Of a stretch of DNA of 64,000 nucleotides, positions 52,666 through 64,000 are shown piece after piece (position 1 is the stretch's first letter; each line of letters opens with the position of its first letter). The notes beneath the pieces are model-generated. The model worked only from the letters and a program-made list of their open reading frames with translations, ran no database searches and was not told the DNA's origin. This stretch comes from the human T2T-CHM13v2.0 reference genome, Homo sapiens. The position numbers were made by a program, and so were the translations under genes. The stretch lies in NCBI RefSeq assembly GCF_009914755.1, contig NC_060926.1, one strand, 5' to 3'.

Positions 52666-53095
52666 ATTTTTTTCCAAAATAGTATCTAAGGCCATTTGCA
52701 TTGGTATGCAAGGAAATCATCCAGGGTAGTAAAATAACATGATTGGAATTCCTAGACACTGATACACAAAATCAGAATATACCTAAATCTGCTAATAAAA
52801 AGGTAAAAGGCAATGTAATTCATTTAGCAGGACATGGTAAAATATTCTAAAGTAAAAATATGGTTCAAAGTAGGAATTAATGAATGAAAGTTATGTAAGT
52901 TTGTTGCATAACTCCTACCAGAACATATTACTGAAATGAATATGATGTATGAATATGGGACTCTTGTCTTATCCAAACCAGTGGAAACAGAGATAACATA
53001 TAAATCTGCTATTCATTCTCTTTTAATTTGGCACATTAGATGGTAACCTTTAGAACTACCTAAATCCAGTCAATTCATTAATATAAAGTAATATA

Positions 53096-53483
<388 letters not shown>

Positions 53484-54074
53484 TAGGATACTGGGAAAGG
53501 AAGTAGGGGAAAAAATGAACATCAAGAAATTTTAGTTTTGATTAAAGATATGTTAGATAAAGATAAATCAGTATCCTCAAATTATTTCCTTAATAGTACA
53601 GTATAACATGTAAAGCTGATGGAGCCTGGAAGATGACTCAAGACTCTAGAGAACTGAGTAAAGAGTCATTTAATACCATCATTTATGCTCTATATGGTGT
53701 TAAAAATTCAAGTTGTGCAACCAGCTGAGGGAGATTGATATTCTATGATCAATTTGACCAGCGCTTCCTTTTAGAATTCTATATTGAAAGAAAGTAAAAA
53801 TCAAATGTGCATTCATGTGAAATAGTCTCCAATACCTTTTTGTCCTCAATATGGGAGTATTTAAATTATCTTCTTTATAGCTACAACCTGGTAGTAAGAA
53901 ACATTGATTTGATTCCATCTAAACTACTGATATTCATTGCATCAATAATATAATGTTGGTATCTAAATCTAGAAATCAAGCTAAGCATGACTTCCAAATG
54001 TTAATGGTATGACCACCAGGGAATACTCAAATCCTACTGAAATATAGGGTCCAGCATAACTGTTAAAATTTCTA

Positions 54075-54524
<450 letters not shown>

Positions 54525-56352
54525 TCAACCAATCATAATGAATTTTTCTCTGTCTAGCCCCAAAATTAAAATGAGTCACAAAGACTGGTTTCTGAAGAAA
54601 TCACATACCAAATCTGTACATTTTATTAGCCCTTATTCACATAGTAACAAGGGAAAAAATTGAATTTAAATAATGCTTTGAACAACATTAAGCAGTCATG
54701 GAATCTGAACTAGAATATTACCCGAGGCTGCCTCAGAAGTAGCATAGCCCACAGACAGTAGAGTCCAGGGTAGAGTTAACACTTAATCTGGAAGTCAACT
54801 GCATTGCACTTTGCTGATTGTTGCCTTTTTAGTGAAAAAGTAAAATATAATTTCACTTAATAGACAGAATTAAGAGTTGTAGTTCTCATGGAACTAGATA
54901 ATAAAAATAACATAGTATTGATTTATACCAATTCTTAGGCATTGGCCAATGGAGTAGCTATATGGTCCAGAAAGTGGGCCTTAGATGACCAGAAGGTAAG
55001 AGAAACCCCAGTGTGGTGAACTGCTATGAAAAACTTTATGGAATTGTAAAGGAAACAAGGTAGGGTAGGCTGCTGCCCATTAAAAAATAAAACAAGAACA
55101 ACAAATTTTGAATTCAGAATGGTACAGAAAGCAACAAGTAGTTACTGTGTGTGCTCTTGAGTATGCAAAATGATTAGTCACAGAGGTAATCGATGAATTA
55201 ACAACAACAAAAAGGTGCATCCCACTCCATGCTCAGATGCTCAAAAATTGACTAATAATTGTTCTGTTTTTAACATTAACTTCAGAGGCTAAAAGCAAGT
55301 ATGGGTTGTCTATTGGCAAAATCCAGGCAAGCTCATAGCTGGAAAATGGATTACATTGATTTATTGCTTATGATTTTAGGTATATACTTATGGGTCTTGA
55401 CCAAAGGGATACTCATTCAAGATTTGAAAATGCATACCAGGTAACTGAATCAATGTCTCTAACACTATTAGAGGCCTTGGAAAAAAATATGTGATTTCAG
55501 TTTGTGCCTCCAACTTATACATCACTAATCAAGGAACCCATTTTGCTGCAAGTACAACAGCAGATTAAGACATAACATATACAATAAAATTATCATATAA
55601 TTTTCCATCTACAAATTAATAAATATAGTGATAATTGGAGTGTGTAAATAAAATATATGCTTATTAAAGGAGTCAGGTCAAAAACATGGCAGAACAGGAA
55701 GCTCTGGACCCTCCTTTTTCCAGTGAACATACTGATTCAATAACAATTTCCTGTATGAGCTATTCAAAGATCAGTTGAGAGGCTCCTGTGTCCTGGGCAA
55801 GCACAAAACCAGCTGCATTAAAGATGGTTTAAATTGACTATTTACCACACTCTCTTACTGTAATTCTTTCCCCTGGCAAAGCACCACATGATTGGAAGTA
55901 AATTGCCGTTCCCAGCTTCTCCCTGGGGAAGAAAGGAGGGGCCTGGACTGTGTATCCAATGTTCTGACTTTTCAAAGGTCCACAGAAGAGACTTGTTTCT
56001 GTGTTGCCCGAATATGAAAGGTGACAAAAGGACCTATTCTCCAAGATATGTCATATGTTAGATCAAGTCTTAACAAATTTAAGAAGACTGAAGTTATATT
56101 AAATATCTTTTCCAACCACAATGGCATAAAGCTAGAAATTAACAGAAAAAACCCTGGGAATTTACAATGTAAAAATTAAACAGCATCCTCTTGACAACCC
56201 ATGAGACAAAAAAGAAATCAAAAGGATAACTAGAAAATATCTTAAGACAAATGAAAATGGAAACACACCATACCATTGTGTTTCAGCCAAAGCAGTATTA
56301 AGAGGGAAGTTTATAGTGATAAACACTGACATTAAAAAATAAGAAAGATCTT

Positions 56353-58800
56353 CAATAGACGCAGAAAAAGTATTTGACCAAATTCAGCATCCTTTCATGA
56401 TTAAAACCCTCAGCAAAATCAGCATAGAAGGGACATATCTTAACTCTACAAAAGTCATCTATGACAAACCCATAGCCAACATAATACTGAATGGGAAAGG
56501 TTGAAAGCATTCCCTCTGAGAACTGGAACAAGACAAGGATGCCCATTCTCACCGCTTCTATTCAACCTAGTACTGGAAGTCCCAGCCAGAGCAATCAGAC
56601 AAGAGAAAGAAATAAAGGGCATCCAAAACAGTAAAGAGGAAGTCAAACTGTCGCTGTTTGCTAATGATATGATTATATACCTAGAAAACCCTAATGACTC
56701 CTCCAGAAACCTCCTAGAACTAATAAATGAATTCAGCAAAGTTTCAGGATACAAAATTAATGTGCACAAACCAGTAGCTCTGCTATACACCAACAGTGAC
56801 CAAGCTGAGAATCAAATCAAGAACTCAACCATTTTTACAATAGCTGCAAAAAAATTAAAATACTTAGGAATATATCTAACAAAGAAGGTGAAAGACCTCT
56901 GCAAGGAAAACTACAAAACACTGCTGAAATAAATCATAGACAATGCAAACAAATGGAAACACATCCCATGCTCATGGAAGGGTAGAATCAATATTGTGAA
57001 AATGACCATAGTGCCAAAAGCAATCTACAAATTCAATGCAATTCCTATCAAAATACCACCACTATTCTTCACAGAGAAAAAAACAATCCTAAAATTCATA
57101 TGGAACCAAAAAAGAGCCCAGATAGCCAAAACAAGACTAAGCAAAAAGAACAAATCTGGAGACATCACATTACCTGATTTCAAACTATACTATAAGGCAT
57201 AATCATCAAAACAGCATGGCACTGGTATAAAAAATAGCCACATAGACCAATGGAACAGAATAGAGAACCCAGAAATAAAGCCAAATGCTTACAGCCAACT
57301 GATCTTTGACAAAGCAAACAAAAACATAAAGAGACCCAATTCAACAAATGGTGCTAGGATAATTGACAAGGCACACGTAGAGAAATAAAACTATATCCTC
57401 ATCTCTGACCTTATACAGAAATCTACTCAAGATGGATCAAGTACTTACATCTAAGACCTGAAACCATAAAAATTCTAGAAGATTGCATCGGAAAAAAAAC
57501 CCTTCTAGACATTGGCTTAGGCAAGGATTTCATGACCAAGAACCCAAAAGCAAATGCAACAAAAACAAAGATAAACAAATGGGACTTAATTAATCTAAAA
57601 AGCTTCTGCACAGCAAAAGAAACAATGAGTAGAGTAAACAGACAACCCACAGAGTGGGAAAAAATCTTCACAATCTATACATCTGACAAAGAACTAACAA
57701 TCTATATATCTGACAAAGATATCCAGAATCTACAAGAAACTCAAAAAATTAGCAAGAAAAAAACAAATGATTCCATCAAAAAAGTGGGCTAAGGACACGA
57801 AAAGATAATTCTTAAAAGAAGATATACAAATGGCCAACAAACATATGGAAAAATGCTCAACATCACTAACTCTCAGGGAAATGAAAATGCAAATCAAAAC
57901 CACAATGTAATACCACCTTACTCCTGCAAGAATGGCCACAATCCAAAAAATCAAAAAATAATAGATGCTGGCATGTATGTGGTGAAAAGGGAACACTTTT
58001 ACACTGCCGACGGGGAAGGTAAACTAGTACAACCACTATGGAAAATTGTGGAGATTCCTTAAATAACTAAAAGTAGTGGTCTATTTCCAGGCAACCAGTG
58101 ACCAGAGCGGAGAACTTGCCCCAGACCATGAGCCTCCCTCCTGAGAAAGGAAGCCAACTTACATGAGCCAACCACCATCTGCTCCCTAAAAACCTATTGA
58201 AATAAAAAATATTTTTTAAAAAAGAAAAGATCTAAAAGTAGAACTACCCTTTGATCCATCAATTTGACTACTGGATATCTACCCAGATAAAAAGAAGTCA
58301 TTATACAAAAAAAGATATTTGCACACACATTGCACACAATGTGTACAGCAGCACAATTCACAATTGAAAAAATATGGAACCAACCCAAAAGCCCATCAGT
58401 CAAAGAGTGGATAAAGAAATTGTGGTATCTGTATACCATGGAATACTACTCAGACATAAAAAGGAACAAAATAATGGCATTTACAGCAACCTGAATGGAA
58501 TTGGAGACCATTACTCTAAATGAAGTAACTCAGGAATGGGAAACCAAACATCATATGTTCTCACTTACAAGTGGGAGTTAAGCTATGAGAATGCAAAGGC
58601 ATAAGAATAATGCAATAGACTTTGGGGACTCAGATGAAAGCATGGAAGGGGGGTGAGGGATAAAAGACTACAAATTGGGTACCCTGTATACTACTAGGGA
58701 GCTAGGTCCACCAAAATATCAGAAATCACCACTAAAGAACATATTCATGTAACCGAACACCACTTTTTCCCCCAAAACCTATGGAAATAAAAAATAAAAA
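56353..58800 (+). mobile_element. 5'-truncated L1PB1-like element
   Basis: RT ORF 56501-56932; 3' end aatcaccactaaagaac...acctatggaaataaaa; TSD aaaaataagaaagatctt at 56335-56352 and 58796-58813. Confidence 0.88.
58077..58225. mobile_element. Tiny chimeric L1PB-type insertion
   Basis: ~80 bp GC-richer segment plus L1PB extreme 3' end (aaaacctattgaaataaaa) plus A-rich tail; TSD aaataactaaaagtag / aaagatctaaaagtag. Confidence 0.75.
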
Positions 58801-58813
58801 TAAGAAAGATCTT

Positions 58814-59122
58814 GGCTGGATGCAGTGGCTCACACCTGTAATCTCAACACTTTGGGAGGCTGAGGCAAGCAGACATCTTGAACCCAAGGAGTTCGAGACC
58901 AGCATAGGCAACATAGCAGGACCTCATCTCTACAAGAAATACAAAAATTAGCCAGGTGTGGTAGCATGCACCTGTAGCCCCAGCTACTCAGGAGACTGAG
59001 GTGAGAAGATCATTGAGCCCAGTAGGTCAAGGCTGTAGTGAGCAATGATCAGCAATGATCATGCCACTGCACTCTAGCCTCAGAGAAAGAGTGAGACCCT
59101 CTCTCAAAAATAAAAATAAAAT
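58814..59122 (+). mobile_element. AluJ-like element
   Basis: ggcaacatagcaggacctcatctctac and gtcaaggctgtagtgagc; internal 10-bp duplication agcaatgatc at 59041-59060. Confidence 0.92.
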
Positions 59123-60599
59123 AAGAATGATCTCAAAAAAAAACTTAACATTACATCTCAGAAAGAACAAAGTCCAGAGTAAGCATAAGAAAGGAAATAA
59201 TACAGTTTAGAGCAAAAATAATTAATGAATCAATGCCTGTAACATTATTAGAGGCCTTGAAAAAATATATATAATTCAATTTGATTAGTTACAAAAGAAA
59301 TAGAATGGAAAACAATAGAAAAAAATCAATGAAATGAGGAGTTGATTTTTAAAAGATCAACAACATTGACAAACCTTTAGCTAGACTAAAAAAATAGAGA
59401 AGACTCAAACAAATAAAATCAGAAATGAAAGAGGAGATGTTACAGCTTGTGCCACAGAAATATAAAATTGGTCATAGGAGACTACTATGCACAATTAGAT
59501 GCCAAAGAATTAGATAACCTAGAAGAAATGGAAAAATTCCTTTTCCATTTACATATACATCCTACTAAGACTGTAGCATGAAAAAAGAGAAAATGTGAAC
59601 AGACCTCTAGCTAGTAAGAGTATTTAATCAGTAATCAAAAACCTCCCAACAAAGAAAAGCCCAGGTCCAAAATGTCTTAGTGGTGAATTCTACCCAATAT
59701 TTAAGGAACTAACATTATTGTCCTCAAACTATTCCAAAAAAGTTGAAGAGGAGGGAAAGTTTTCTAACTCATTTTATGAGGTAGAGATTACTCTGAGACG
59801 AAAGCCAGATGAAAATATTAGAAGAAAATAAAAATTATAAGCCAATATCCCTGATGAATATAGATGCAAAAATCTTCAACAAAATACTATCAAATTGAAT
59901 TCAATAGCACATTTAAAAAATCATAAATTAAGACAAAAAATTTATCCCTGGAATGCAAAGATGGTTGAATATATGCAAATTAATCAATGTGATACATCAC
60001 ATTAACAGAACAAAGGACAAAAATCACATGATCATCTCAATACACGCAGAACAAGCAATTAACAAAAGTCAATACCTTTTACAACAAAGATAACTCAACA
60101 AATTAGGAATAGAAGGATACCAACTCAACATAATAAAAACCATATATGAAAGTCCATAGCTAACATCATAATCAATAGTGAGAAACTGAAAGTTTTTTTG
60201 TAAAGTCAGAAACAAGGCAAAAATACCCACTCTCACCACTTCTATTCAACATAGTGCTGGTAGTCCTAGCCAGAGCAATTAGGCAAGAAAAGGAAATAAA
60301 AGGCATCCACATAAGAAAGAAAGAAAGAAAGAAAATTACCTCTGTTCACAGATAATATGATCTTACATGCAGAAAACCCTAAAGATTCCACACACAAAAG
60401 AAGATTGTTAGAACTAATAAATGAATTTAGAAAATTGACAGGATACAAAAATCAGTTGTATTTCTATAAACCAACAACAAAAATCCAAAAAGGAAATTGA
60501 GGAAAAAAAAACCCAATTTACAATATCATCAAAAAGAATAAAATACGTAGGAGTAAACTTAACAAAGGAAGTAAAATACTTGTATACTGAAAACTACAA

Positions 60600-60730
60600 G
60601 GACAATTATTTAATGTGATAGATATTGCAATTACACTGATTTGATTTTAACAAATTATATGAATGTATAAAATTATCACATGTATCCCCAAAATATGTAC
60701 AGCTATTGTGTCAATTAAAAAATAAAATAA
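60600..60730 (+). mobile_element. Short L1MA 3'-end insertion inside the L1M ORF2
   Basis: aattatcacatgtatccccaaaatatgtac...gtcaattaaaaaataaa; host frame aactac/aactat repeated on both sides. Confidence 0.65.
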
Positions 60731-63169
60731 CTATAAAACATTGATAAAAGTAGACACAAATGAATGAAAAGACATCCATGTTCAATGATCAGAAGACTGA
60801 ATACTGTTAGTGTCTGTACTAACCAAAGAAATACACAGGTTCAATGCAATCCCTACCAAAATCCCAGTGGCATTTTAGAAAAATAGAAGAAAGAATTCTA
60901 AATTCCACGTGGAACCAGAAAAAAACCCTGAATAGCCAAAATAACTGTAGGAAAGAAGAGCAAACCTTGAGGCATCATGGTTTCTGACTTCAAAACATAT
61001 TACAAAACACAGTCACTACACAGGGTGTTCCTGGCATAAAAGAGTCATCTAGAACAACAGAACAGAATAGAGAGCCCAGAAATGAACCCACACTAATGCA
61101 GTCAACCGATCTTCCACAAAAATGCCATGAATACACACAAGGAAAGGATAACTCAAGGATAATGGTGTTGGGGGAACTGGATATACACATGCAAAAGAAT
61201 GAAACTGGACCCTTACCTTGCACTATAGAGAAAAATCAAATCAAAATGAATTAAAGACTTAAACATAAGACTTGAAACTGTGACACTCCTGAAAGAAAAT
61301 ATAGAATACAAGCTTTATGACACTGGTCTTGGCAATAATTTCTTGGCTATGACACCAAAAGCATAGGCGTTTGTAGTATGGTCCCAAACTTGAGACCACC
61401 TCAAACTGAAAAGCTTCTGCACAGCAAAGGAAACAAGCAACAAAGTGAAAAAGCAACCTATGGGATAGGAAAAAATAGTTGTAAACCCCTTATCTGATAA
61501 GAGAATAAAACCCAATATATAAGAAACTCCTAATTTAATAGCAAAAAGCCAAATAACCCAATTAAAAAAATGAGCAAAGGTCTTGAATAGACAGACATTT
61601 CTCCAAAGAAGACATACAAATGGACAAGAGGCATATGAAAAGATGCTCAACATCACTAATCATCAAGGAAATGCAAAAACAAACCACAGTGAGATATCAT
61701 TTCACACATTACAATGGGCATTTTCAAAAAAATAATAATAAGTGTTGGCGTGGAAAGGGAGAAACTGGAATCCTTGTGCACTGTTGGAATGTGAAATGGC
61801 ATAACAGCTATGGAAAACAGTATGAAGCTTCCTCAACAATTTATAAATAGAAATACCACATGAACCAGCAATCTCATTTCTGGGTATTTATTCAGAAAGA
61901 TTGGAATCAGGATCTCAAAGACATATTTCCACTCTCATGTTCATTGTGGCATTACTCATAATAGCCAAGATGTGAAAGAAATCAATAAGTATCAGTCAAC
62001 AGATGAATGGATAAATAAAATGTGGTATATACACACAACAAAATTTTATTCAGCTTTAGCAAAAAAGAAACTATTATCACATATGATAGCATGAATGAGC
62101 CTTAAAAATATTATGCTAAGTGAAATATTCAGTCACCAAAGGACAAATGACTGTGTGATTCCTCTTATATGAAGTATCTAAAGTGGTCAAACTCACAGAA
62201 GCAGAAAGTAGAAGGGTGGTTGCCATGGGATAGGAGGAGCGAAAAATGAAAAGTTGCTTCTCAACAGCTACACAGTTTCAGTTATGCAAGACAAAAAACT
62301 TTTAGAGATCTACTGTACAACATGGTGCTTGTCATTAATAATACCCTATTGTACACTTAAAATTTTTGAGGGTGTTCTCATGTTTTGCGCTTTTTGTCAC
62401 AATTTTTTAAATGTGTTTACTAAATTGGGGGATGATAATGCACTGAAGGAATGAATTGCAAGATCAAATGAATGTTTGTTATATTTAATATACATGAAAG
62501 TGGAATTATTATTGGATAGATAGTTGAAATAACACTGGAATATAGGGGAAAATATGGGGAAAACATAGAAATTTATTGAAACATCTTACCTATTTCTAAA
62601 TTTTTTTCTTTTTCTTTAATTGATTCTGTAGTGCCAGGACCTGAATTATATTTATGAGTTCCAAAGTAAGGATCAATTATTAAGTAGTTTCTCTTTCCAT
62701 GCCTAATCTGGGATTAACAATTACTATCTCTGTCCTACTCAGTGGACAAGATAGTCATTTTAAGTTTTTACTTATGAAACACTACTCCCTATGACTGGAA
62801 ACGAATGAAGGGGAAAGTGCTGGTCAGACTCACATTGCTGGCTGGTTATATAGGTCAGTCCTCCTTCTGAATCTGCTAATATTACCTACAGAGGGAAGTC
62901 TGGTTGAAAATAAAATGGGAATATGAGGAAATGATTGTTGATGGAACATAAACCTATAAATGGATAATAAAGGGAAGATAAATTTACCTTGGTACCTTAT
63001 ACGTAGGTGAGAATAAAAGAATAATATTATCTTTCTACAATATTAACAGATTCCCGTAAAGTGGAGCTATTTTCTGGCAGAAACCTCCTCCTTTGTTTGA
63101 AGCTGAAAGTCCATGAAGGATGCAAGTGGATTTAAGAAACAAGTAATCTCAAGTTACATATGTGATGCA

Positions 63170-63602
63170 TCCCCATGATATTATTGACATGTAGACAAAC
63201 ACTTGAAATAATTCTCATGTAGCTTTATCTTCTGGCTTCCATTTTACAGGATATACTTACTAAAGAGAACAGACTACTTTTGAGAGGTAACATACAAGAA
63301 CATTTGCCCCTGCCCCCCAATATAATCACCACAGATTTTCAAACAAAAGCTTGTAAGATGCATAATTTATTCTGGTGATGGAAGCAATAGAAACTGGATA
63401 GTTAAATTGAGTTTTCAGAGACAATACTGATATCTTGAGACATATGTCAGCAATAGTGTCTTCATGAGATCAGTTCAGTGGAATGACAATCAAGCCCTTC
63501 TGGAGATTCTTTGAGGTACATAGTCTTCTTTAACAAACTCCCTTTTTGCTTAAATTAGGCAGAGTTGTTTTTATCACTTGAAATTAAAAACCTTGAGTAT
63601 TA
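63170..63602 (+). mobile_element. Old MaLR/ERVL-type LTR (MLT1-like)
   Basis: 3' motif aaactccctttttgcttaaattaggcagagttgtttttatcacttgaaa; the 5' boundary is uncertain. Confidence 0.5.
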
Positions 63603-64000
63603 CCAAATTATATATTTAAAGGGAGGAGGCTGTTAAGTATAGGCCCTAAAATGTGGAATTGGATGAATACAGAAAGTAGGACAGAATTAAATTGGCACCA
63701 CACCATCCAGGCAAGAACATGGAGAATCTTACTACATGACAATGAAATATTTGATTCAATGATTGCCCATACCTAAAGATACAGACATAAGGTTCAAGAA
63801 ATCACAGTGGAGGCTATAAAAGCTGGGAAATTGGTAGGAAAAACACAGAACGCTAGGCTTCATTTGTTATTTCTTAGAGTTTTCTGTAAAATCAATATGG
63901 CACAAGAAAGAGACAGTCTGAAGGTCACCACTGTGGAATTAGAGAGAGAAAGGAAATACAGAAAGAAAATTTCTTTCTTGAAATTGAGATTGGCAGGGCC

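Larger units (their letters stand above)
55670..62405 (+). mobile_element. L1MA9-L1MB2-like LINE (5'UTR remnant, internal deletion, ORF2, 3'UTR) hosting several insertions
   Basis: 5' aacatggcagaacaggaagc; ORF2 remnants at 56030-56350 and 59134-62100; 3' end gtttcagttatgcaaga...tagagatctactgtacaaca. Confidence 0.75.

Noticed and set aside
57670-57720. Short tandem duplication in L1PB (similar ones at ~20519-20549 and 59041-59060)
   Set aside because: Ordinary slippage duplications in dead repeats.
63250-63290. Plus-strand mini-exon (ccattttacag|...GAG|gtaaca)
   Set aside because: Inside an LTR-like segment, modest donor, and no partner plus-strand exons identified.

Overview
AT-rich primate (human-like) genomic DNA dominated by interspersed repeats: LINE-1s of several ages, Alus, MaLR LTRs, a decayed ERVL-class provirus, L2/MIR, and hAT and mariner MITEs. 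There is no intact long gene. Nearly all ORFs in the track are L1 ORF1/ORF2 remnants or antisense shadows of L1, Alu or simple repeats. Splice signals suggest a minus-strand chain of small exons from a gene or lncRNA I cannot name: about 62.8 kb, 47.9 kb, a 14-nt microexon at 28.85 kb, about 27.4 kb, and a terminal exon at 24.75 kb. The clearest structures are a full-length L1PA3/L1PA2 nested in an older L1PA with a perfect 17-bp TSD and an ORF0 with retained splice donors; a 35-bp locally templated inverted insertion inside an Alu; a tail-less internal L1 fragment with a fold-back palindrome at its junction; a tiny chimeric L1PB insertion; and a MADE1 split by an Alu. I found no convincing wholly new biological system. 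Subfamily names come from recalled consensus motifs, not a RepeatMasker run, and old-repeat boundaries are approximate.
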